Origin: Guillardia theta CCMP2712
Lineage: Eukaryota > Protista > Cryptophyta
DNA: 64,000 nucleotides
NCBI RefSeq assembly: GCF_000315625.1
Contig: NW_005434586.1
Location: 119,109-183,108 of the forward strand
Direction: 5' to 3'
The notes below the pieces were generated by a model, which made no database searches, had not been told where the DNA came from, and worked only from the letters and a program-made list of their open reading frames with translations. The number at the start of each line of letters is the position of its first letter. The stretch's first letter is position 1. Shown in pieces: positions 14,331 through 26,452 of this stretch. Position numbers and translations under genes: made by a program.

Positions 14331-15837
14331 ATGGAGATGATGATGGAGATGATGATGGAGAGAGGACGAGAGGAAAGAGCAGAGAACTCTTGTCTGATAT
14401 TTTGTTCTGTTAGGTGGCAAGGAGGCATATGGAGAGGTCAGAGCAGCGGAAGAGGATAGAGGAGAGCAGAAGTTTGATCAGAGAAGAGGAGGAGAAGCAG
14501 ATCGAGACAGAGAGGAAGAGAATCAAAGACATGAGGAGGACCAACGATGAGATGCTCCACAGGATGAGAGAGGTCGAGCCTGATCCCTGCCTGCCTGCCT
14601 GCCTGCCTCCCTCCCTCCCTGCCTCCCTCCCTGCCTCCCTCCCTGCCTCCCTCCTTCCCTGCCTCCCTCCCTCCCTCCCTCGCTGCCTGCCTCCCTCTCT
14701 CACTCCCTCCCTCCCTCGCCTTCCACCACCACTTTCTCCTCCTGCTTCTCGTGACCCTCCAGCAGGACCTCAAGGACGTCAAGCATCCTCTCTACGGCTA
14801 CGGCGATCGCTTCCTCATGTCGTTCGCTTCCCCCCGCATCGCAGTACATGGGGACCGAGGATGGAGGGGAGACAAGGGGATGTTCACCGTACAGAAGAGG
14901 AAGCACCACCCGTCCTCCCAGCCTGCAAAGAGACCCCACGGCAGCATCACTGACCGCTCTGGCATGTCCGACGGTTTCAAATTTCTGCTCTCAGTGCTCG
15001 AGGTCTGCCTGCTCCTGCTCCTGCTCCTCCTCCTGCTCCTGCTCCTCCTGCTCCTCCTGCTCCTCCTCCTCCTCTTACGTCTGCTCTTGTGCCTCGTTCC
15101 TCTTCCCCCATCACCTAACTTCCTCCTATCCGATCACCCTCAATCTCCGCCCCTCCTCCTTCCCTTCCTTTCCCTTCTTTCTCTGCTGACCCTCGTCGCA
15201 GGAGACGAAGGAGGCGAGGCTTCATCCCAAGCTCCCGCGAGTGTCAGAGGCTTCAAGGGCCCTGGCGCAGAAGTACAAAGGATACGCAGAAAGAGCCGGG
15301 GAGGGGAAGGAGGGGAGGGAGGAAGGGATGGACTGGAGAGAGCAGGAGAAGCTGAAGATGATTCGGGGGGCGGAGGAAGAGGTTAAGGTAACGAGAGAGG
15401 TTCCTGCTCAACATGGAGCTGAGAGCGACAAGGAGATGGAGGAGGGAGGACGGGGGACTCGCCCAGAGCTTGCGAGGAGTAAGGAGGGGGATGAGAAGAA
15501 GAGGAAGGAGGAGGAGGAGGTGGAGGTGGAGGAGGAGGGCAAAAAGGGAGCAGAACAGCTCAAGCCCAGGAAGCCGGAGGCAGCAAAACCATCCAAGACT
15601 TCCTTCAACTTCCGCAATACGAGGATGATGCAGCGAGCGCTGGTGGAGGTGGACAGCAGCGAGGAGGAGGAAGAGGAGGTGGAGGAGGGAGGAGGGAAGG
15701 AAGCGAACAAGCTGGGTGACTGTTCCAGCATCGGGTCGAGCTCGAGCGATGAGAAGCAAGTCAACGGAGCTCGCGGCTTTCCCTCTCAACGTTTCTCGTC
15801 GTCCAACCCCTTCAAGTTCAAGCTCGGTGGGAAATGA
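12914..15837 (+). CDS. IQ-motif protein with an acidic N-terminus and a PGPGxY(STPG)-like motif (multi-exon)
   Basis: IQ motif SAMLIQRVFRGHVSRR and the segment NIGPGTYSP. Exons are separated by microsatellite-rich introns. Confidence 0.55.
14243..14356 (+). repeat. (GAT)n microsatellite, intronic
   Basis: Direct tandem GAT run. Confidence 0.95.
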
Positions 15838-15887
15838 AAGTTGCTTGCCTAAGCGCGATTTGTAAAGTAGCTATATGAACAAGTTCC

Positions 15888-15954
15888 TGGTGGTGGTGGT
15901 GGTGGTGGTGGTGGTGGTGGTGGTGGTGGTGGTGGTGGTGGTGGTGGTGGTGGT
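15888..15954 (+). repeat. (GGT)n microsatellite between two convergent 3' ends
   Basis: Direct tandem GGT run. Confidence 0.95.
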
Positions 15955-16446
15955 CATCTCGTGATAGTCGCCGTCACCATCCTCCATCGGCCACGACCTT
16001 TGAGGAGTTTGAGGACAACGACGGTGTTGGGAGGACCTTTGCACCTGAATTGAGATGAGGAGAGAGGAGAGCAGAGGAGAGCAGAGGAGAGGAGCGGTGG
16101 GGACAGCAGAGGAGAGGAGAGGAGAGGAGGGGAGGGGAGAGCAGAGCAGAGCAGAGCAGAGCAGGGGAGGGGAGAGGAGAGGAGAGGAGAGGAGCGGTGG
16201 GGACAGCAAAGAATCTAGCAAGGAGTGCATACATCTCAACGATGGTTGGGAGAGGAACCAGCGATCGTCCAGTCCTCCCCGGCAGGATCTGCTTCCCGTC
16301 TACTTCCAGCAGCACGTCACCGACCTCCACGTCCCGCGACAGATACGCAGGAGTGCCGGGGAGGATGCGGCTAATGAGGATGCAGCCGCTCTTGGCGTCT
16401 GCCACAACCTGAGCATCGCCCCCCTCCCCCCCCCTCCTTCCCCCTT

Positions 16447-16487
<41 letters not shown>

Positions 16488-19400
16488 CATCCCCTCCTCT
16501 ACAAAGTTCTCTTACCTTCTTGCAACTCTAACCCGAGGCTCCTAGTCCCTTCCCGTTCCCTCCTTGTCTTTGCTCCTCCTTGTGCCTTGACCGCTGAGCT
16601 CGGCACAACTTCGCTTCCCTTTCCTGCTGCATGCAGAGGCGATCGGAGCAGAGGCTGAGGGGAGGAAGGGGAGGAGGGGAAAACACGTCCTCTGAACTGC
16701 ACAGATCAAGACGTCTTTGAATAGCACGCAACGATAGAAGATTTGTCAAATTGATTGCGGATGAGCTGTCACATGTAATGAGAGCATGGTCGAAGAGGGA
16801 AGGAGGTGGATCAGAGNNNNNNNNNNNNNNNNNNNNNNNNNNNNNNNNNNNNNNNNNNNNNNNNNNNNNNNNNNNNNNNNNNNNNNNNNNNNNNNNNNNN
16901 NNNNNNNNNNNNNNNNCGAGGAGAAGAGGCAGAGGCAGGAGGAGGAGGAGGAGGAGGAGGCAGGAGGAGGAGGAGGCAGGAGGAGGCAGGAGGAGGAGGC
17001 AGGAGGAGGAGGTGGAGGAGGAGGAGGAGGAGGAGGAGGAGGAGGAGGAGGAGGAGGAGGAGGAGGAGAGGCAGGTGCAGGAGGAGGAAGAGGAAAGGTC
17101 AGACAAATACTTCCTGACTCCCTCCAACTACCGTGATGAGGGGCGACTTTGTCGAGGAGGAACTCGTACAGGTGGAAGGAGTTACTGACCACCTCCTCCT
17201 CGCTCTCCTCGGCCCCAGTCTCTAGAAAGTCCTCGGAGTTGAACCTGATCGCCTTCCTCTTGCTCCCGCTCGCAGCCATCGCATCCTCGTCCTCACCGTG
17301 ATCTCCATCGATGCTGCAGGAGTGAGGGGAGGAGGGGAGGGATCAGAATTGTTGAGCTAGGAAGGAGCATTTACCTCCTCCTCTCCTCCTGCTGTCCTCC
17401 TTTGGTAGTTTTCACCTGCCCCACGGTAAGTTATGTCACCTTTCTCCTCTTCACTCCTCTTCCTACCAGGATGCCACGAGCTTTACTTGCTGCTCCTGCT
17501 CCTGCTCCTCCTGCTTCGCCATCTGCCTGTCTGTTCCTCATGCTTTGGGCAGGTGTCAGGCCATCGCAAAACGGAGGGGAAAGGCTTGCCTGCCGGGGTT
17601 CAGCTCGAAGGCCCAGAGGAGGGAGGAAGAGACGGAGGAGGAGGAAGGCGACGCAGGTTCACTCCGAATGCTGCGAGAGAGGATGAGGATGAAGGAAGTA
17701 GCAAGGAGGGGAAAGGATACAGCGACTGCGGGAAGGAGGAGGAGAAGTCATCATCGGACGGAGTGAGCTCTGGCGAACTGGAAAGAAAATGTGAATGAGG
17801 AGCGAAGAAAGGTGGGCGGACGATAAAGGGAGAGTAAAGATTGAGACCTAATGGGGGAGGCCATGCAGGAGAGGAGAGGAAGGTGAAGAGGGAGAGAGCA
17901 CGGGAGAACGGGATAGGAGGGAGGAGCAGCAAACGAGGGTCGAGCTCTAGAGCATCGTGAAGCACCTGGGAAAACTTCTTGGGCGGCTGGTGGGGTGATG
18001 AAAGTTACCGACGCGAAGTTTCCATGTTGAGTTTTCAGATTGCTGGAAGAAAAGATCAGGATGAGCAAGGGGAGAAGAAATAACAGGAGAGAGAGGGAGA
18101 GGCAACTAGGATGAAGGAGAGGGGAGAGGAGAGGGGAGAGGAGAGGGGAGAGGAAGACGAGAGAGGGGAGAATGAAATGAGAGACTGTTATGGTCAGGTA
18201 GATATGAGGGGAGAACATAGAGACCTTGACAAGAACAGCTCTCAGTTGAGCTCTGGTGGACTCAAAAGCAAAATTCACTCCCTCAGCGGACCGCCTTTCA
18301 GCCTGAAACATTCTCCTCCACTCTTTATCCAGCGTCTCTCCTGCTACTGCTCCCTCTCCTGCTCCTGCTCCTGCTCCTGGTCCTCCGAACTTCTCATCCA
18401 GCAAGCTTGACGCGATATCTACCGCACACTTCACGTCCATCCCAAGTAAAACAAGCTGCTGTCTGTAAAACTTCTCCACCTCCTCCACTCGACCCCTTGC
18501 CCCTTTCTCCCCTTCCACGGCATGGTCTAGCTGCACATCGCTCCTCTCCAGCTGTCTTTGCAGCGACAAGAGAGATGCCTCCAAGTTTCGCATGTCCTCC
18601 TCTTGCTTCCCTATCTTCTTCTTCAACCCCAGGTTCTCCTCCTCCAATGTCGAGCACCACTTCTTGCTCTCCCTCGCCTCCACCAGCGCCTTGTGCTGCT
18701 GGCTCCTCAGCTGTGTCAGCTGAGCTTGTAAGGAGGAGAAATCCTTCGCCCTCTCTGCCATCTTCTGGTAGCACAGAACAACCTCCTGATGCTTCTCTCC
18801 AAGAAGGATCTCAGACGTGTAGAGCTTCTGATGGAGCTCTAGAACATGCCGGGCAACGCTCCTCCTGGCCTTGCGCATCGCCATCTCCTCCACTGGGTCG
18901 AGGCTGGCTTCCCCCATCCCACTCGGGTCTTGCTCGTCTCGTGGAGTCTCCTCGCTTTCCGACCTCTCCACCCTCGTCGAGATCGTGCCGTAGCAGGCAT
19001 TAGCAACCAGCTCTCGGAACTCGTTCAGCAGCCTCTGCATCCTCGACAGCTCAAAGTCTCCATCCTGGACGATCAGGGTGCGACAGACGAACGCGGCGAA
19101 GCAGGACTCCATGTCCGCAACCCGAAGCTCGTCGCGCTTCCCCTCCTCATTCGCCTCCTCCTTCCTGTCTGCGGCTTCTCCCCGGACCTTGAGAGACCTT
19201 GCGATCACCTCCTCGATCGCGCTGATCATGAGAGGGTCGACAGCTCGGTGAGGGGAAGACCTCGATGACTGCAGCATAGCATGTAGCGCATCTCCCAGCT
19301 GACTCCTCAGGTGGGGGGCTACAGGAGTGTCCGATAGCAACCCGCTGAGATCGCCGCCATGTAGGGAGGACGATGCGGCTGCCGTCAGTGTCTGCCGCTC

Positions 19401-19535
19401 TAGCGCGATCTTGGCGCTTCTGACATGCCAGAGATCCTCCTGCAACCTTCGGCATTCCGAGGTGATGGAAGAGATGGAGCGCTCGTATGCATTTCTCGAG
19501 CGCAACTGATCTAGAACGCAGCTAGCCCAGGTCAT
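15954..19535 (-). CDS. ATG16-like coiled-coil protein with a C-terminal PDZ domain (model spans an N gap)
   Basis: N-terminal MTWASCVLDQLRSRNAYE, then a long coiled coil. PDZ exons read SLGLEL / CILISRILPGTPAYLSRDVEVGDVLLEVDGKQI / MCKGPPNTVVVLKLLKG...ATITR-TGA (15954-15956). Confidence 0.6.
16817..16916. other. Assembly gap (100 N) next to a (GGA)n tract
   Basis: N run. Confidence 1.
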
Positions 19536-19744
19536 ATCGTAGGGACAGAAGGGCTTGCCCTGTGTGAAACTTACCAGCAGCGGAACCTCCTCGGCATGAT
19601 CTGAATGCCATGATCGTATCAAAAGAGTGGAGATAGGGTCTACGAGTAGTTGCGGATGTAGGAGGAAGACGAGGTGAAACAGAGGGGTGGTGGAACGGCG
19701 CACAAACAGGAGCCAACGGTTGGAAAGAGAAGAAGAGGCGCATG

Positions 19745-19900
19745 AGGAGGAGGAGCAGTAGCAGGAAGAGGAGGAGGAGGAGGAGGAGGAGGAGGAGGAG
19801 GAGGAGGAGGAGGAGGAGGAGGAGGAGAAGGAGGAGGACGAGAAGGAGGGGGAGGGGGAGGAGGAGGAGGAGGAGGTGGTGGTGGTGGTGTAGGAGGAGG
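19745..19900 (+). repeat. (GGA)n/(GGT)n microsatellite
   Basis: Direct tandem runs in the divergent intergenic region. Confidence 0.9.
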
Positions 19901-20315
19901 AGCGCACCTGTGTGGTGTTCTTGGCGCTTTGCCTTCTGGAGGCAACCATTGCGATAAATGAGGCCGTGTGGGCAGCTTGTTAGTCTTAATCCATTAACTA
20001 GTCCGACATCAACTTCGGAAAAGGGCAGCGAATTGAGAATGAGGGCGAAGAATATGCCGGGTCGGCCGGAAGTATACTGAGAGGAGACCCGACGGTCCTG
20101 GTATGGAGGGATGGCTGGTGTACCTGAGCTCGTACGCGCTATGTGTGGCGCTGGGGCTTGCATGGCTTCACAGGGATGCGATTCATGGCCTGTTGACAGA
20201 CCTCTCAATGCACAGTGACTGGAGTTTGCGATGATGTTGCGGTTTCTACCTGTCCTCACACAAGGACGTCTTGGTGATATGTTCATCCCTGCTACCCTCT
20301 CAGCGTTGCGTTAAC

Positions 20316-22552
20316 ATGCGATGGCGGAAGATGAAGATCGCTTCTCCTCTGATTCTGCTCCAACTAGCAATTGAGGGAGCGTTCACACCGACAACCATTG
20401 ATAACAACAGACTCGCTGTCCTCGCCCTGCGGGGAGGCGGCGATGTATCAGGCCGGCCGATGCTGCAATCGAAAAACCAAGTTTGTGATCTGTGTACCTT
20501 TGAGGAACTCAAGAAGCCAGTGAAGAGAGGCAAGGAGAAGAGCAAGTATTCATCGGACATGTTGCAGAGGAGGATTTTGGACGACTTTTACCTCATGGAT
20601 TTCGTCAGATTTCAGGACCCTGAAAGTCCGCTCGACAGGATTTCTTCGGATAGGAATGGAAAGAAAGGTTGCCAGACATTCTCCAACTTGGCGGATGCAA
20701 CAAAGTTCTTATCACAGAGAGATGACCCGAAGAACATGGTGAGAGGAGAGGGAGATCCAATCACGTTTGTAATCAAGGCTGGGCAGATGTTTGCGAGGGA
20801 GGTTAACGTAAATGGAGCCAGAGTCTTTATGGTTGGGAGTTTCGATGAGTTCTGGGAACTTTATCTGAATTATCCTCACACAAGGTCGGAATGCAAGGAT
20901 CGAGTTTCAGATTTGCTGTTGTTGACGGGCCTTGCAGGCACTTTTACGAGGTTATCTTGGAAAACAGTCCATGCAAGCTGTACATGGATCTTGAGTTCAA
21001 GATGAGCGGGAACGAATCTTTTGTGATGAAACAAAACTGATCCAGAGATAATGTAGTGACAGAAACTTTTCAGGAAGAGAGCTGTAGTCGAGGGAATCAA
21101 CTGGTCGAAGAGATCAAGTCGAACATTGTGGAAGTCGGCAGGAAGTTGTACAACAGAGAGGTGTGAGAGGGTTTCAATAGAATGTCGATTGATATGATCG
21201 ATCTCTACAGATATGTGAGAAGAGAGATTTTCTAGAGCTCGACTCAACAACAAGAGAAAAGTTCTCGAGACATCTGATCTCCGGGAATCTCTGCTTTCAA
21301 AACAACATCCAACTTGGGTCTTTCATACAAATCCTCTCGAAGCAGGTTGAGGACAATGATAAGTTGAGATCGCTCAATGACAGCGATGTTTGCAGTTGCA
21401 AGACGACGCAAAAAATCTCATCGACATGGGGGTTTACTCGCGAAATCGTTGCTTCCGTTTATTGTACAGGTATACCAGTGCTAGTGATTTTGATATTCAG
21501 GCTGACGGCGGGTTGAATCTGCAGTACCAAGTTTGGAAGGAACAACTCGTTTGGTTTTTCTGATCGCTGTCTAGAAGACGTCTTCAACAATCAGACGAGA
21601 TTGAACGATTTCGATTGGATGTCAAGGAGCAACAACCCGGACTGCAGGAAAGCTTTCTTGACGAGCATGGCGAGCATTGTGCCGGACAATGAGGAAGTTT
21701 TGCACGTTGATGAGGTGATCTTTCTCTAGCTTTTTGCTCGTTGACATTTCCTTTCTAAGAACATGTTGAGGGATCTCCTGAACAGCTCGAGCCTCGAAAG
21801 GAAGTTTCTTCACGACAAGGATGAAGTCTGGAACTTCAAAGTCGGCGGAGGAGGACCAGGAGGAGGAAGGGGAGGGGGAGCAAACAGCCTTCCAACGAGT
21901 TTGAAGCCTCTGGGAAAGTTGGTGATGACAAAGTTGGAGAGAGCGATAGAGGTTGAATGGTTTGTTGTCTTCACAGGTTTGCGAGAAGATCCGTCCAGGA
22001 GCTGTAATCAAGTGGTGGAAGTGAAATGGAATTTGTTCTTGTGAACACCTTGTGACTCTCCGGTCGACAGGAGGAATGATGGTTATGTGATCTTCAGCCT
22101 TCAGGGAAACAGGTGTGTAGGCTGTGATGTTGAGACTTGTTGTGTTTGTTCCTTCTCAGATGTTTTTGTAGACTCAACGCTTCTTGCTCTTGTTGATGTT
22201 GTGACTTGCTTGTTCTCTCTCCTTCGCTCAGATACTGTGAAAACATCCAGCGGCAGCACAAGGCCAACGGCATCGTCATCGTTGTTCACCTCGAGAGGTC
22301 TTCCTCCTCAAGACTTCGAGTCAGAACTGACAACCAGAGCAGCGGGACCTGGTGGCAGAAGTGCCAAGACCCGGAGTGCAGGTCGATCAATTTCAGAAGG
22401 TGAGAAAGAGAAGATGGAGAAGGCGGAGATGTTTCCTTGTAACTCTCGTCTACCTCGCAAGTCCCAAGTATTCTATCGAGCCTGCCGTGCTACAGGTTGT
22501 CTTGGCAGCTGAGAGGCGATACGATTATTCCTCGTCCTCGCCTTCGGAGTAA
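20316..22552 (+). CDS. PRIMPOL: DNA primase-polymerase PrimPol (AEP family) with an N-terminal signal/transit leader
   Basis: Spliced motifs HFYEVILENSPCKLYMDLEF (DxE), LDSTTREKFSRHLI (SxH) and IDMGVYSRNRCFRLLYSTKFG. UL52-type zinc finger RYCENIQRQHKANG...WQKCQDPECR. Confidence 0.9.
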
Positions 22553-22929
22553 GACCTGAATGCGGTCACCGTGTTGTAAGATAGTTATCACCTTTATGAG
22601 CTCTACGAGCAGTCGTTGTCTCATCTTGACATCAACCATCCTATCACTTCTCTATCACCTTTTTCTTCTTCGTCCTCTTCCTCTTCCTCGTCTTCACCGT
22701 CGTAATCCATCTTCTCCCTCTCTTCCCGTCTTCCCCCTCCTCCTCCTCCTCCCTCCTCCTCCTATCTCGCTCTCCTCCTCCACCACCACCACCACCTCCT
22801 CCTCCTCATTCTAACTCGCTCTGTCCCTCTCTCCTCCTCCTCCTCCTTCTCCTCCTGACTCGCTCCTCCTCCTCCTCCTCTTTTTCTTCTTCCTGCATTT
22901 TCGCTAATGTGTGACTTGCGTTCTCTCCT

Positions 22930-23165
22930 AAGAAAACCCAAGCTACCTTTCTCGAGGCACCCTGGGGTGGGTACTCTTGAATGTAGGGTCCTGCCCAGAT
23001 AGGGTACTATATTTCTATTCCAGTAGTAGGGTAGGCGACAAGTTTCATCAGAAGAGTATGGGTGGGTACAGCATATTGTCAGAAAACACAAGGGGGGTGG
23101 TACTTTGATAGGGGTAGGGGTAGTGCTCGCATACGAGAACTCCTCTTAGAGAGATCTGATGGAGG
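22930..23165. repeat. Intergenic GGGT/ACCC-rich dispersed element
   Basis: GGGGTAGGGGTA and GGGTAC motifs shared with 36830-37870, 12700-12870 and 60560-60945. Confidence 0.4.
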
Positions 23166-23179
23166 ACTAGAAACAAGTG

Positions 23180-23199
23180 AGAGCAGCAGCAGGAGCAGC

Positions 23200-23291
<92 letters not shown>

Positions 23292-23338
23292 AAGCAGAAG
23301 CAGAAGCAGAAGCAGAAGCAGGAGAAGCAGGAGCAGAA
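23180..23338 (+). repeat. (GGAGCA)n/(GAAGCA)n hexanucleotide repeat
   Basis: Direct tandem run. Confidence 0.95.
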
Positions 23339-23842
23339 TAGGGCAAGACGGTGTGGAGGAGGAAGGGTGGAGGGGATGGGGAGAGGGGAGAAGCAGGAGT
23401 TCTAGAGACTAGGTAGAAGAAGAGGAGCTGATACGAAAGAGGATGGAGAAGTCCATCGGGTGAATGCGGGCAAAGCTATGCCCGCATTCAAGAGAGGAGA
23501 GGAGAGGAGAGGAGAGGAGAGGAGAGGAGAGGAGAGGAGAGGAGAGGAGGGGAGGGGAGGGGAAGGGAGAAAGAGATTCCAACGACCAAGGATGCTAACT
23601 CTGTATGTTTCTGTTGAAAGGACAACGGAGGACAACAGAGATGGATTACCTTTCCCAAGTTGTTCGGAAGACTTTCTCGTGCGAGGGAGTCTTCACAACA
23701 ACCCAAGACGTGTACTAGACCTTTCGTCTGCACCAACGAGATAGAGAGAGGGCCGGAGGACAGACAAGCAGGCAGACAGAAGCAGTAGGAGAGAGAGAGC
23801 GAGCGAGCGAGAGAGAGCGAGAGAGAGAGAGAGGAATTTGAG

Positions 23843-24253
23843 ATGCGATCCAAGACAAACCTCTCCTCCAGCCGACATTATTCCGAGAACGCCGAGTTGG
23901 AATCCTGTACAGTTGTGGAGATGGAGACGGACGAGCCTCGAGTGGAGAAGGCGACGAAAGAGGAGAGGACGAGGCAGGGAAAGGAGAGCCAGCAAACTCC
24001 TGCACAGCGGAAATTGAAGACCAAGAGCCAGTATAGTGGAAAGAAAGCAAGCGAGCTCAGGAAAGCTCTTGTTACTTGCGCGTCCATCGTGACGGAGCTG
24101 ATGAAACATGACCTTGCGGGACCCTTCAGTCGTCCGGTGGATCCTGAGAAAGACGAGGTGAGAGCGAGGAAAGAGATGATGATTGAGAGGATGATGGAGG
24201 GGAGGAGGAGGAGGATGGTGAAAATGATGATGTGGATGATGGAGATGATGATG

Positions 24254-24300
<47 letters not shown>

Positions 24301-24321
24301 GGATGATGATGATGATGATGA

Positions 24322-24376
<55 letters not shown>

Positions 24377-24404
24377 ATGATGATGATGATGATGATGATG
24401 ATGG

Positions 24405-24442
<38 letters not shown>

Positions 24443-26274
24443 ATGATGAGGATGATGATGATGATGATGATGATGACGAGGAGGAGGAGGATGATGATCG
24501 GGATGATGATGGAGATGATGGGGATGATGATGATGGGGATGATGACAATGGAGATGATGATGGTGGTGGTGATGGTGTTGAGGAATGTGCTTTGGAGCAT
24601 CTTAGCAATGGAGATCATGAGGTTTGCAGGCACCGACGTACTACGCCGTGATCGAGACTCCCATGGATCTTGGAACAATCATGCAAAAGTACAAAGGTGA
24701 TGAAAGATGTTGATGCGAGTCATGATGCCTATGAATGTGATGGATGATGAAGAAGATGGCAATGATGAGGATGTTGTTTTGTTGTTGTCAATGATGATAA
24801 TGATGGAGATGACGATGGAGATGCTGATGACGATGATAGAGATGCTGCTGATGCTGATCTTGACGATGATGGAGATATTTCTGTTGTTGATGATGATGGA
24901 GGTGAAGTTTTCATCGCTGACAAATTACTTGAAGACGGTCAGTACAGCAATGCGCAAGAGATGCGAGAAGACGTTGCCTTGGTGTGGTGGAATTGCAAGC
25001 AGTACAACGGAGAGGGAAACTTTCTCATGCAGTCAGCAAAGATTCTATCTCAGAAGTTCGACAACGAGTTTTCTCGCTCCATCACTCCTCCCTATCATGT
25101 GGGTGTGGAGGATCAAGAGACGATGGCCGTTGGCCGCCGTGTCAAAGTTTACTGGCACATGGACTTCGAGGTGAGAAGACATAAAAGAAGTCAAGTTGAG
25201 AGATTTGCGTGTGTTCACCCCAGTGTTGGCAGTGGTATCCGGGCCGGATTGATTTCACGGACAACGGCAGATTTCATGTCAACTACGACGATGGCGAGAA
25301 AGTGAGTTGAGCTGAAGATTGTTTTGTAGAGAGCAAATTGATGTTCTGTCTGCTTGCAGGAGTACATCACTCTCCCTTCTGTCGACGTTTGTTTCCTCGA
25401 TGACGAGGCAGACTCTGGCAAGAATAATGTAGCGATGACACGATCCACAAATTCGCAGAGTGCTGCGCTCGTTGTTCACGGCAACCATGTCAACAGCAAC
25501 AACAACAGCAACAGCAACAGCAACTCAAGCAACAGCAACAGCAACAACAGCAACAGCATCATCGCAACCAACAATCATAGCAACAGCAGTCACAACAGTG
25601 CTGGCAAGTCCAAGCAGCCATCCAATTCATTGAAAATCAATCACGGGAAAGCTGAGAAGAGCGACGAGAGTTGTCCGGAGAGCATAACACCACACCCTGT
25701 CAAATGCTCATGTGAGCAATGCTTTGCCTTGAACAAGAATACAATCTACATCCCTAGAAAGCTCTTCAACGGCAAAGACACGTCGGATCATGAATTGTCT
25801 TCGGCGAACAAACACACGTCTTCGCACAGGAAGAGAACGGCAGAAGAATTGTCGACATCGAGCACGAAGAAGATCAAGAAATCGGAAGCAGAAGATGGTG
25901 CAGATGTAACTATCAAGGGAAACACTGAGAAAAAGGGTCCTCTGCGGAATTGTATTGAGATTGTAGAGCGTATGATGCAAGATCCTGAAATAAGCTGTTC
26001 CTCCCAAGACAAGAAGGACAGTAAGGAGGTAAGTTGACGATGCGTTGAAGTGTTTCCTCTCTGACGTGTGTCGGAAGGGGACCTTTCTTAAAAGTTTTCA
26101 AGCAATTGTTGAGAACTATCGATGTAATGTTGATGTTGAAGTATGTTGAATCCTAGACCTGATGCTTTATCAGCTGGAAAATATTTCACAGCAAGAGAAG
26201 TTAGGCGAGATGTTACTGAAGTCTGGCGGAGGACACTTGAGAACGACGGGGCGACTAGTGGTGAAGAAAACTTT

Positions 26275-26366
<92 letters not shown>

Positions 26367-26379
26367 AATGATGAGAATG

Positions 26380-26410
<31 letters not shown>

Positions 26411-26415
26411 GGATG

Positions 26416-26452
<37 letters not shown>

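Noticed and set aside
19536-19949. N-terminal extension of the 732-aa ORF
   Set aside because: It is mostly (CCT)n microsatellite. The Met at 19535 directly precedes the ATG16-like motif and is the more plausible start.
20316-22552. Viral or mobile origin of the AEP primase
   Set aside because: It is intron-rich with the canonical cellular PrimPol motif order and no viral neighbours.
23062-23412. RS-domain splicing-factor-like ORF
   Set aside because: It derives from the GGAGCA repeat and has no RRM.
23878-24700. Poly-Met/Ile/His/Ser ORFs (also 14000-14459 and 26088-27052)
   Set aside because: They are (GAT)n tracts inside introns that separate recognisable exons.
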